22,597 nt of DNA, taken from positions 1 through 22,597 of the forward strand of contig JBGAOA010000068.1 in the NCBI GenBank assembly GCA_044222065.1, read 5' to 3'. Shown piece after piece: positions 10,443 to 19,045 of the stretch. The notes beneath the pieces are model-generated. The model did no database searches, was not told the origin of the DNA, and saw nothing but the letters and a program-made list of their open reading frames with translations. Source of the DNA: Candidatus Eiseniibacteriota bacterium (lineage in GTDB: Bacteria; Eisenbacteria; RBG-16-71-46). The position numbers and the translations under genes were made by a program. Position 1 is the stretch's first letter. Each line of letters starts with the position of its first letter.

Positions 10443-10469
10443 TTGACCTGCCCGCAACTCCACCGTCCG
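10443..10469 (+). promoter_or_regulatory. Degenerate third copy of the ECF-like motif
   Basis: TTGAC-N17-GTCCG, 38 nt before the GTG at 10508; lacks the T-tract. Confidence 0.3.
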
Positions 10470-10507
10470 GCGCCGCCGGCGCCGGCGTTCCCTTTCGAGG
10501 AGCAGCC

Positions 10508-11551
10508 GTGAGATTCGTGCCCGTCATTCTGATTGCCGCCGTTCTCGCCTCCCCCGCACTCGCCGAGGACGCGAAGAAGCCCGCGGAGCCGGGACCGTGG
10601 AAGCTCGGCAGCACGCTCGGACTCAACCTGTCGCAGAGCTCGTTCAGCACGAACTGGGCGGGCGGCGACAAGGGCTCGATCGTCTGGGTGCTGAACACGA
10701 ACACGACCGCCGAGCGCCAGTTCACGAAGACGTTCAACCTGCAGAACGTGCTGCAGCTCGCCTACGGCCAGACGACGCGCCAGGTCGTGCCCGATGCCGC
10801 GAAGCCCGACGAGCGCGTGTGGGACGAGCCGGACAAGACGACGGACCAGATCGCGTTCGAGTCCACCGGCCGCTTCACGTTCGGCGGCTTCGTGGATCCG
10901 TACCTCGGCCTGCGGCTCGACTCGCAGTTCCGCGACGAATCGTTCGAGCCGATCGGCACGATCGACTTCAACCCGGTGAAGCTCAAGGAGAGCGCCGGCA
11001 TCGCGCGTGTGCTCGAGAAGACCGACGACAAGGAGACGATCACGCGCCTCGGCTTCGGCTTCCGCCAGACGCTCGCGAAGAGCTTCACCGACCCCGTGGC
11101 GAAGACGAAGGCGAGCTACACGACGAACGACGGCGGCCTCGAGTGGGTGACGACGGCGACGCGGCCGATGTTCGAGAAGAAGGTGCTCTACAAGGGCTCG
11201 CTGCTCGTGTTCCAGCCGGTGTTCTATTCGAAGTCGGACGCGCTCGAGCAGTTCGACGCGCGCGTGAAGACGGGCGAGGGCGCGGTTCCCGCGAACCCCG
11301 CCGCCGAGGCGGTCGCCGACTTCTGGAAGGCGACCGACGTGAACTGGCAGAACACCTTCACCGCGCAGATCACGAAGCACATCGGCGTCACGCTGTTCGC
11401 GCAGTGGGTGTACGACAAGTTCGACGCCGCGGCGAACGTGGATCCGAAGCTGCCGCTCGCGGTGCAGATCGCCGAGGTGAAGCGGAACACGCGCAAGGCC
11501 GGCCAGTTCAAGGAGACGCTCGCGCTGTCGTTCACGTACGCGCTGTTCTAG
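10508..11551 (+). CDS. Outer-membrane beta-barrel protein, DUF3078-like
   Basis: GAGGAG RBS; signal peptide ending ALA; W...LNLSQSSFSTNWAGG, LQLAYGQ and KTTD motifs; BAM-type C-terminus LALSFTYALF. Confidence 0.82.
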   Translation: MRFVPVILIAAVLASPALAEDAKKPAEPGPWKLGSTLGLNLSQSSFSTNWAGGDKGSIVWVLNTNTTAERQFTKTFNLQNVLQLAYGQTTRQVVPDAAKPDERVWDEPDKTTDQIAFESTGRFTFGGFVDPYLGLRLDSQFRDESFEPIGTIDFNPVKLKESAGIARVLEKTDDKETITRLGFGFRQTLAKSFTDPVAKTKASYTTNDGGLEWVTTATRPMFEKKVLYKGSLLVFQPVFYSKSDALEQFDARVKTGEGAVPANPAAEAVADFWKATDVNWQNTFTAQITKHIGVTLFAQWVYDKFDAAANVDPKLPLAVQIAEVKRNTRKAGQFKETLALSFTYALF

Positions 11552-11556
11552 GCGCG

Positions 11557-12084
11557 TCAGTTCCGGACGCGCCAGCGCGTCTGGACGAGGCCGCTCGGGT
11601 AGGTCCGTGACGAGACCGGCTCGAGCGGCCGGCGCGCCGGGACGCGCGCGAACAGCGGCAGACCGTCGCCGAGGACGACCGGGATCGTGGACAGCAGGAT
11701 CTCGTCGAGCGCGCCGGCCTCGAGGAACGCGCTCGCGAGCGCGCCGCCGCCGACGAGCCACACGCGCTCGTAGCCGCGCTTGGCGAGGCGCTGCACGACC
11801 GCCGCGACGTCGGCGCCGAAGAACTCGAGCCCCTCGCGATCGCTCGCGAGCGGGTGCGAGGTCATGACGATCGCCGGCTTGCCCGGGTAGGGCCACGGGT
11901 CGAAGTGCCGCGTCACGTCGTACGTGCGGCGTCCCATCACGCACGCCTGCACGGAGGCGTAGAACTCGCCGTAGCCGTAGTCCTCGCCCTCGCGCTCGAC
12001 GGCCTTGAGCCAGTCGAGTCCGTCCTCGCGATCGGCGATGTAGCCGTCGAGGCTCGCGGCGACGTAGTAGAGGATGCGCGGCAC
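11557..12084 (-). CDS. Dihydrofolate reductase / RibD C-terminal family protein
   Basis: YVAASLDGYIA, MGRRTY, VWLVGGG, LDEILLSTIPVVLGDGLPLF, SGLVQ. Confidence 0.93.
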   Translation of the reverse strand: MPRILYYVAASLDGYIADREDGLDWLKAVEREGEDYGYGEFYASVQACVMGRRTYDVTRHFDPWPYPGKPAIVMTSHPLASDREGLEFFGADVAAVVQRLAKRGYERVWLVGGGALASAFLEAGALDEILLSTIPVVLGDGLPLFARVPARRPLEPVSSRTYPSGLVQTRWRVRN

Positions 12085-12093
12085 CGCGGCACC

Positions 12094-12588
12094 TTACTCC
12101 TTCGCGCGCCACGCACGCTTCCCGCCCGGGGCCGCCGGGCCCGGTACGCCGGCGAGCGCTCCGGCGTGGCGCCCGAGCAGCGCCGCCCACGCGAGCGGCG
12201 GCGCGACCCACGGGAACGACGCCGCGACGCCGTTGCGAACGCCGAGCAGCGCGGCCGGCAGCGGGTGTCCCATTTCGCCGCGCAGGAACATCCAGGTCGC
12301 GAGCGTTGCGAACGCGACCTCGGCCGCGACGAGCGCCGGCACGCCGACGAGCAGCGCGAGCGCGCGTTCGGCGCGCGGCGCCCGCGTCGTCGCGAGCACC
12401 ATCGCGACGAAGAACGCGAGGTCGTAGGGCGCGAGCAGGTCGAGCGTCTGGACTTCGAACGGGATGCCGAGCGCGCCGACGCCCCACGACACCGCGGGCA
12501 CGAGCAGCGCGTGCCAGCGGTCGAGTCCGAGCCAGGCGAGCGGGAAGAGCAGCAGCGCGAACAGCGCGAAGCGCGCCCAGCCGTTCAT
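12094..12588 (-). CDS. Exosortase-associated membrane protein (164 aa)
   Basis: ATGA overlap with the upstream exosortase; about 4 hydrophobic segments; LAFFVAMVLAT..PRAERALALLVG parallels the exosortase helix pair but has no Cys. Confidence 0.65.
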   Translation of the reverse strand: MNGWARFALFALLLFPLAWLGLDRWHALLVPAVSWGVGALGIPFEVQTLDLLAPYDLAFFVAMVLATTRAPRAERALALLVGVPALVAAEVAFATLATWMFLRGEMGHPLPAALLGVRNGVAASFPWVAPPLAWAALLGRHAGALAGVPGPAAPGGKRAWRAKE

Positions 12589-13085
12589 GCCGGACGCGGC
12601 GCGGCCGCGCGCGCCCACAGCAGGAACAGCCCGAGCAGGAACACGATCGTGAACGCCTGCCACAGCACGCCGTGGACGAGATCGAACAGCGCCGGCCTCG
12701 TCGCGAGCACCGCGAACGACACGAGCACGCGCACGACGTTGTAGACCCAGAGCAGCGGCAGCGCGGCCGCGAGCCCGACGAGCCGCGCGCGCCACGTCGC
12801 GGGGAACGCGAGGATCGCCGCGGCGAGTGTGGCGAACGGGAACACCGGCGTGCAGTCCGGGATGATGCGCACCTGCGCCGCGCCGGCCGCGAGCACGTCG
12901 GCAAGGATGTGCGCGCGGATGCCGAACAGCGCGAGCGCGGCGCGCGAGGAATGCAGCGTGCCGGTGATCGCGCCCGACAGGATCGCCGGCACGAGCGCCA
13001 CGACGCCGAGCAGAACGCCCCAGACGACGAGGAAGCGCAGGATGAAGCCGAGCGCGGGATTCGGTGCCGGACGGGGCGCGGACAT
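12585..13085 (-). CDS. Exosortase/archaeosortase family transpeptidase, exosortase H-like
   Basis: VRIIPDCT (Cys), AILAFPATWRARLVG, NVVR (Arg), FDLVHGVLWQ (His); compact 166 aa as in XrtH. Confidence 0.85.
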   Translation of the reverse strand: MSAPRPAPNPALGFILRFLVVWGVLLGVVALVPAILSGAITGTLHSSRAALALFGIRAHILADVLAAGAAQVRIIPDCTPVFPFATLAAAILAFPATWRARLVGLAAALPLLWVYNVVRVLVSFAVLATRPALFDLVHGVLWQAFTIVFLLGLFLLWARAAAPRPA

Positions 13086-13182
13086 GGGCGGCGAGTGTAG
13101 CGGGACCGCTTTCGCCCCGGGGTGAAAATCTGGCGCGCTCGGGCAGCGGACGGCGCCGCGCGGATCGTGGCGGTGAACGGGC

Positions 13183-13647
13183 CTAGAGCGCGAGCCCCAT
13201 GTAGCGCGTGCCCGGAACCGGATTGGGCCGGTAGGGCGGGATGTCGCGGAAGCCGAACCGCTCGTACATCCGCTGCGCCGGCTGCATCGAGGGCAGCGTG
13301 TCGAGCCGCATCTCGCGGAAGCCGAGGGCGCGCGCCTCGGCGATGACGCGCGTGACGAGGTCGCGGCCGAGCCCGCTCGCGCGGTGCGCCGGACGCACGT
13401 AGAGGCGCTTCATCTCGCACGTCGCCTCGTCCACGGGCTTCAAGGCCACGCAGCCCGCGAGCGCGCCGTTCGCGTAGGCGAGCAGCAGGCGTCCGCGCGG
13501 CGGCGCGTAGTCGCCCGGGAGTGAGGCGAGTTCGGCCGCGAACGACTGGAAGCACAGGTCCACGCCGATCTCGGCCTCGTACTCGCGCAGCATCGCGCGC
13601 AGCGCGTCGAGGTCGTCGGCGGCGGTGAGGTTCGCGATCGGGATCAC
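13183..13647 (-). CDS. GNAT family N-acetyltransferase
   Basis: FQSFAAELASLPGDYAPPRG, CEMKRLYVRP, GLGR, MRLDTLPSM, YERFGF; AGGAG before GTG 13647. Confidence 0.93.
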   Translation of the reverse strand: MIPIANLTAADDLDALRAMLREYEAEIGVDLCFQSFAAELASLPGDYAPPRGRLLLAYANGALAGCVALKPVDEATCEMKRLYVRPAHRASGLGRDLVTRVIAEARALGFREMRLDTLPSMQPAQRMYERFGFRDIPPYRPNPVPGTRYMGLAL

Positions 13648-13673
13648 GGCGAGGGCTCCTCGGCGGCGCGGGA

Positions 13674-14162
13674 TCAGTAGACGAGCGGCACGAACTTGCG
13701 CACGCGTGCGCGGTAGGCAGCGTAGCCGGGGAAGCGTTCGAGCAGCCAGCGCTCTTCGCGCGCGGCCTTGCGGTCGAGGAGCAGCGCGATGACGAACGCG
13801 ACGGCGAGGACGACGCCGCTCTCGCGCATGGCGGCGACGCCGAATGCGGTGAGGAGCGCGCCCGTGTAGATCGGGTGGCGCATCCACGCGTAGACGCCCC
13901 GCTCGTGGAGCGTCGCGCGTTCGCCCGGATGCGGGAGCGGCGTGAGCCGCGACCCGTGCATCAGCGCGGCTGCGAGCACCAGGGCGGCGCCGGCGAGACC
14001 GAGCGCGAGCCCGGCGGCGAATGCGGCGCCGGAGTGCGGGAACGGCCAGAATGCCCGCCCCACGATCGTGCGCGGACCGAACGCGACGAGCGCGAAGAGC
14101 GCGAACTGCGCGACGACGTACCACTCGCCGCGAGCGCCGCGGTGCCAGGGCGGGCGGGTCAC
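13674..14162 (-). CDS. Isoprenylcysteine carboxylmethyltransferase / PEMT-family membrane methyltransferase
   Basis: LTPLPHP, GVYAWMRHPIYTG, KAAREERWL, FPGYAAY...KFVP; GTGA overlap with the upstream stop. Confidence 0.9.
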   Translation of the reverse strand: MTRPPWHRGARGEWYVVAQFALFALVAFGPRTIVGRAFWPFPHSGAAFAAGLALGLAGAALVLAAALMHGSRLTPLPHPGERATLHERGVYAWMRHPIYTGALLTAFGVAAMRESGVVLAVAFVIALLLDRKAAREERWLLERFPGYAAYRARVRKFVPLVY

Positions 14163-14710
14163 GGCGCCGCTGCCCGATCGCGAGCGAGTTTCGCGAGCGC
14201 GGCCGCGTCGGGCTGCGGCCGCGCTCGCCCGCCGCCCGTCAGGCGCCTCAGCGCGCGCACCCACGGCGACCACGGCCGCACGTCCGGCGCGAGGCCGAGT
14301 GATGCCTGCGCGAGCGCCATCGAGTCTTCGAGCACCGCGTCGTGGAGCGGCCGGAAGACGAGCGGCCAGCTCAGAAGCGCCGGGCCGCGCGCCGCCATCG
14401 CGAGCGTGTGGCGCAGCACGCACGCGTGTTCGCCGCGCGCGATCACCTCGAACGCGTGCGTGCCCTCGAACCCGGCCGGGCCCTTGAAGCGGAAGCGCAC
14501 CGATGCGCCCGGCTCGTAGCCGATGACCTCGTATCGCACGGGGCCGTGCCCGCCGTCGGCGCCGATCGAGAGCGGGCGATCGAGCGCCATCTTCGGCCAC
14601 GAGTGACGCGGCCACAGCGCGTCGCTCGCGCCCGAGAGCGAATCGAGCAGGGCGCCGGCCCGCGACGGCGGAACGGGCAGCGAGCGCTCGTGGACGTTGA
14701 GGACGTTCAT
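14159..14710 (-). CDS. SRPBCC-like protein
   Basis: NVHER, LWP..WP, GGHGPVRYEV..YEPG, GTHAFEV, LRHT, WPLVFRPLHDAVLED; ATGA overlap with the HD gene. Confidence 0.75.
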   Translation of the reverse strand: MNVLNVHERSLPVPPSRAGALLDSLSGASDALWPRHSWPKMALDRPLSIGADGGHGPVRYEVIGYEPGASVRFRFKGPAGFEGTHAFEVIARGEHACVLRHTLAMAARGPALLSWPLVFRPLHDAVLEDSMALAQASLGLAPDVRPWSPWVRALRRLTGGGRARPQPDAAALAKLARDRAAAP

Positions 14711-15165
14711 CGCGGTTCCGTGAGGTGCGAGGCGACGCCCGATTCGAGGTGGCGCAGGTACGCGATCGCGCGGCGATAACGCTCCACGCGCTCGAGGTCG
14801 TGCGCGGTCGGGTTCGCGAGACGAGACAGGTCGCTGTTGTCCTCGAGGTCGGCGAGCTTCACGCGGCGGCCGATCGGATCGCGACCCGCGCGCTCGACGA
14901 ATTGCTCGTAGCTCTCGTCCTCGCGCCGGGTCACCGCGTCGATGCCGGCGATCGCGGCGTCCGGGAACCCCATCGCGCGCAGCTGATCGAGCGTGACGTC
15001 GGTGTCTTCGATCACGTCATGAAGCACGCCCGCGATGCGCTCGTCGTCGGTCGAGAGCCGGGGCATGACGCGCAGCGCGTGCAGGATGTACGGCGCGCCG
15101 GCCTTGTCGGTCGTGCCCGCATGCTTCTCGGCGGCGAGGACGATGGCGGCGCTGAGCGTGGGCAT
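14707..15165 (-). CDS. Stand-alone HD-domain phosphohydrolase (RelA/SpoT hydrolase-like)
   Basis: HAG..DKAGAPYILH, VLHDVIEDT, VKLADLEDN. Confidence 0.88.
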   Translation of the reverse strand: MPTLSAAIVLAAEKHAGTTDKAGAPYILHALRVMPRLSTDDERIAGVLHDVIEDTDVTLDQLRAMGFPDAAIAGIDAVTRREDESYEQFVERAGRDPIGRRVKLADLEDNSDLSRLANPTAHDLERVERYRRAIAYLRHLESGVASHLTEPR

Positions 15166-15178
15166 GGCGGGCCGGAGC

Positions 15179-17352
15179 CTACGCCCCCTTCCCGCGCCCC
15201 GCGAGGCCCCATCTGCCGACGATCGTCTCGATGACGAGCAGCGCGATCGCCGCGATCACGAACGCGCTCCACAGCTCGCGGCCGTAGCGCGCCTCACGCA
15301 CGCGGCGCGCGAGGTCGTCGCCGGCGTGGATCAGCTGCGCGCGCCCGCGCGGGAACGCGGCGGCGAGCGCCGCCTCGGGCAGCGAGGCGAGATCGGACTC
15401 GGCGGGATCGGCGTTCACGGCAAACGTGCTCCGGAGCGTCGCGCCTTCGTACACGCGATAGAGCCCCGTCGCGGCGAGCGGCGCCGACACGAGCCGCGTG
15501 CCGCGAGCGCCGCCTCGGGCAGCGAGGCGAGATCGGACTCGGCGGGATCGGCGTTCACGGCAAACGTGCTCCGGAGCGTCGCGCCTTCGTACACGCGATA
15601 GAGCCCCGTCGCGGCGAGCGGCGCCGACACGAGCCGCGTGCCGCCGCTCTCGACGCTGAGCGCCGACACGACGTCGCGGCCGTCGGGCCCCGCGATGCGC
15701 CACTCGCCCGTGGTGGCGGGCGCGCTCCAGCGGTCGCCGGGCACGAGCGATTGCGCCGCCGTGCCGCGGCCGAGCACGCGCACGCACTGGTGCACGAGCG
15801 GCAGGAACGCGCCGCTCACGACGAACTCGCTCGCCTCGACGTCGAGCGGCGACGTCCACACGAAGGCGTGCGGCGCCTCGACGAGCGCGGGCAGCGCGGC
15901 GCCGAAATCGAGCAGCACGCGCGCGCCCGCCGCGGGTCGGAAGTCGCGGGTCACGAAGAAGCGCGCGGCCGAGAGCGGCTCGCCGGGCCGCTGCGCGAAG
16001 CCCGCGAGCGCCGCGTGCCCCGCGACGCGCCGCGTGAGGCGCCACGATCCGCCGCCGCCCGTCTCGCGCAGTCCGCCGAGCGCGCCCGCGCCGAGTTCGG
16101 CGAGCAGCGAGGCGTTCCACGCCGCGGGGTCCGCGTGTCGGCCGGCGACGAGGAACAGCGCGCCGCCCGCGCGCCAGAAGTCGAGCACGGCCTGGAGTTC
16201 CGCGGCGCCGAAGCGGTCCACGTCGTTCATCACGAGCACGTCGCACTCGCCGATGCGCGACGGCAGCGACGCGCCGTCGGTCACGGTGACGGCGAGACCC
16301 GAGGCGGGTGAGCCCGCTTCGAGCGCGAGCCTGAGCGGCGACGGCCCGCCGTCCTCGCGCAGCAGCACGCGGATCGTCCCCGCGCGGCCGGCCGCGAACC
16401 AGCGGTGGTTGTCGAGTTCGAGCGCGTCGGCCGGCAGCCGCACTTCGCCGCCCTCTTCGGGCACGCGCGCGATCGGCAGCAGCGCGGTCGCTTCGCCGCG
16501 CTCGGGCAGCGACAGGAATCCGCGCCCGAGTTCGCCCGCGCGGTCGGCCGCTTCCAGTGCGAGGTCGCCCGCCGGCGTGCCGAACGCAGCACCCCCGACT
16601 TCGAGCGCCGGGTCGCCGTCGCTCGGCGCGAGCGTCGCGCTCGTGAGCGCCGCGTTCGCGCGGTTGCGCGGGGCGAGCGGCACGAGGTACACGCGCGCGC
16701 GGTCCCACGGACCCGGAGGCGCCGTGAGCGCGCGCGCGGCGCCGAAGCCGCTCGCCTGGAAGTCCGAGACCCAGAACAGCTCGCGGTTCAAGGCGTGCGA
16801 TTCGCCGAGCGCCTTCGCGGCGAGTTCGAGCGCCTTCGCGTGATCGGTGCCCGCGGCGCTCGTGCCGAGCGCCTGCGCCGCGGCGCGCAACCGCGGCACG
16901 TCGGCGCTTGGGCTCGGCGTCACGGGCGCCGGCGTGCGGTCGTAGGGCACGAGCAGCAGCTCGTCCTGGGATCCGAGCGTCGTGAACAGGTCCTCGACCG
17001 TGCGCCGCGCCTCGTCGAACAGCGCTCCGCCGCGCCCGGCGGCGGCGGTGCTCGCGCTGCGGTCGAGCAGCACGACGACGGTCGTCGCGGCGCTCGAGCG
17101 CGGACCGAGGCTGCCCTTGACGGCCGGCCGGCTCATCGCGAGCGCGATGCACGCGATCGCGAGCGTGCGCAGCAGCAGCAGCAGCCACTGGCGCAGCTTG
17201 AGGCGGCGGATCTCGCTCTGGTTCACCTCGGCGAGGAACTCGAGCGACGGGAACTTCACCTCGCGCGGGCGGCGGCGCGTGAAGAGGTGGATCAGGATCG
17301 GGATCGCCGCGGCCGCGAGGCCGAACAGGAACGCCGGATTGAGGAAGTTCAC
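15179..17352 (-). CDS. BatA N-terminal / vWA domain membrane protein, frameshifted by a 140-bp duplication (677 aa if one copy is removed)
   Basis: MNFLNPAFL...PILIHL...FPSLEFL...LLLLLR..ALAMSRP; MIDAS-like LLDRSAST, GTD, SDFQ; the TM C-terminus (RELWSAFVIAAIALLVIE) lies in another frame ending at 15179. Confidence 0.88.
15363..15644. repeat. Exact tandem duplication, period 140 bp
   Basis: 15363-15502 equals 15503-15642, and identity extends 2 more nt (GC). Confidence 0.97.
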
Positions 17353-17485
17353 GCGCGCTCTCCCGCGAGCCGCGCGCGCGCGTCGAACGCGGCGAGGCCG
17401 CGCGGCGCACGCGCCTGCCCGGCCGCGCTACGAATGCGCGCGGTGCGCCGCACCGCGATGCGCGCGATGCCGCGCGGCGCGCGGC

Positions 17486-18115
17486 TCATCGCGGCACCTC
17501 GACCCACGCGCTGTCGGCGTCGTTCCAACGTTCGATCTTCGTCACCGGATGGATCTCCCAGCCCGTCGCTCGCGGCGCCGCGTGCTCCTTCTGCCAGGGG
17601 CTCGGCTCGCCGTCGTACTGCCAGTCGTACAACAACCAGCCGGTGAGGCGCACGCGCGACGGACCGCCGGGCCACGGCGCGCGACCACCGCGGTTCGGGC
17701 GGAACAGCGCGAGCAGGCTCGCGTAGCTCCAGCGTTCGGAGCCGCGCCACATCGGCGGCGTGACCTCGGCCGTCACGTACAGCGTGTCGGGCCCGCCCGG
17801 GAGCCGCGGCGTCGCGACGAGTTCGAGGTGCGTGTCGCCGTCGGGCGCGCGCAGCATGCGCTGCACGTAACCCTCCATGCGTACGCCGCGCCGTTCGAGC
17901 GCGGCGTACTCGGCGAGCGGCCGGCGGTGCGGCAGGTCCTCGAACGACACGGTCGTCGCTTCGAACGGGTTCGCGGGCGCGCTCGTGCGGTCCTTCATCG
18001 CGCGCAGGTGCTTCATCTCGCGGCTCGACCACGGCGCGAGCCCCATGATGCCGAGGTAGACGAAGAACGCCGCGAGCCCGGCGAGAAGGCTCACGAGCGC
18101 CGCGAGCCGGAGCAT
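17486..18115 (-). CDS. Membrane-anchored hypothetical protein with DGDxH and WEIHPV motifs (OB-fold-like)
   Basis: TGATG overlap with the DUF58 stop; N-terminal TM helix; VRMEGYV, PDGDTHLEL, VTAEVTP, VRLTGWLLYD, GWEIHPVTKIE. Confidence 0.78.
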   Translation of the reverse strand: MLRLAALVSLLAGLAAFFVYLGIMGLAPWSSREMKHLRAMKDRTSAPANPFEATTVSFEDLPHRRPLAEYAALERRGVRMEGYVQRMLRAPDGDTHLELVATPRLPGGPDTLYVTAEVTPPMWRGSERWSYASLLALFRPNRGGRAPWPGGPSRVRLTGWLLYDWQYDGEPSPWQKEHAAPRATGWEIHPVTKIERWNDADSAWVEVPR

Positions 18116-19044
18116 CACAGCAGGCGCGCCCTCTTCTCCAGGTACGCTAGCAGCGCGCGGTCGAACGGCGTGCGCGTGTCGAGCAGCACGTAGTCCACGC
18201 GCTGTTCGCGGCACGCCCGCCGGTAGCGGTCGGTCCAGGCGGCGAGCTTCTCGCGGTAGCGCTTCGCGATCTCCCACGGCTCGGTCGTCAGGCGCTCGCC
18301 GCTCTCCATGTCCACGAACGTCGCCGTGTCGGTGAACGGGAACTCGCGCTCGTCGGGATCGAGGATGTGGAACACGATCACTTCGTGGTTGCGGTGGCGG
18401 AAGTGCTGGAGTCCCGACAGCACTTCGTCGGGTTTGTCGAGCAGGTCCGAACACAGCACGACGAGGCCGCGGCGCTTGATGCGCTCGGCGAGTTCGTGGA
18501 GCGCGGGGCCGAGCTTCGTGCGGCCGTGAGGCGCCGCGGCCGACAGCGTCTTCAGCAGCACGTCGAGGTGCGAGCGCACCGCGCGCGGCGGCACGTACTC
18601 GAGCGGATGCTCGGCGAACAGCATCGCGCCGACCGCGTCCTGCTGGCCGAGCATGAGGTACGCGAGCGAGGCGGCGAGCGACTGCGCGTACTCGAGCTTC
18701 GACATCGCCGCGCGCTCGGAGCGGAACCCCATCGAGCCCGACAGGTCCACGAGCAGGTGCGCGCGCAGGTTCGTCTCCTCGGTGTACTGCTTCACGAGGT
18801 AGCGGTCGCTGCGCGCCCACACCTTCCAGTCGAGGTTCTTCAAGGGATCGCCGGGCATGTACGGCCGGTGCTCGGCGAACTCGACGCTGAACCCGTGGAA
18901 CGGCGAGCGGTGCATGCCGGCGATGAACCCTTCGACGACGAGGCGCGCGCGCACGTCGAGGTGCGCGAGCTTCGCGACGACGCCCGGGTCGAGGTACTGG
19001 CGCGCCTCGCCCGGCGCGGGGCGCGTGAGGCCGGAGGGCGTCAC
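18115..19044 (-). CDS. DUF58 domain protein (MoxR-associated vWA-like)
   Basis: GMHRSPFHGFSVEFAEHRPYMPGD...DWKVWARSDRYLVKQYTEETN, VDLSGSM, QDAVG, SDLL. Confidence 0.96.
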   Translation of the reverse strand: MTPSGLTRPAPGEARQYLDPGVVAKLAHLDVRARLVVEGFIAGMHRSPFHGFSVEFAEHRPYMPGDPLKNLDWKVWARSDRYLVKQYTEETNLRAHLLVDLSGSMGFRSERAAMSKLEYAQSLAASLAYLMLGQQDAVGAMLFAEHPLEYVPPRAVRSHLDVLLKTLSAAAPHGRTKLGPALHELAERIKRRGLVVLCSDLLDKPDEVLSGLQHFRHRNHEVIVFHILDPDEREFPFTDTATFVDMESGERLTTEPWEIAKRYREKLAAWTDRYRRACREQRVDYVLLDTRTPFDRALLAYLEKRARLL

Positions 19045-19045
19045 G

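Noticed and set aside
7144..13555. ORFs 7144..10053 (+) and 10163..13555 (-)
   Set aside because: Antisense or off-frame shadows crossing several well-supported genes.
15179..15290. BatA C-terminal TM plus basic tail as the exosortase sorting signal
   Set aside because: ELW...TM...E is the normal C-terminus of this family and has no PEP- or IPTL-like motif.
15363..15644. Duplication read as a CRISPR array, mobile element or programmed frameshift
   Set aside because: Only two abutting copies of coding sequence; no spacers, terminal repeats or slippery site.
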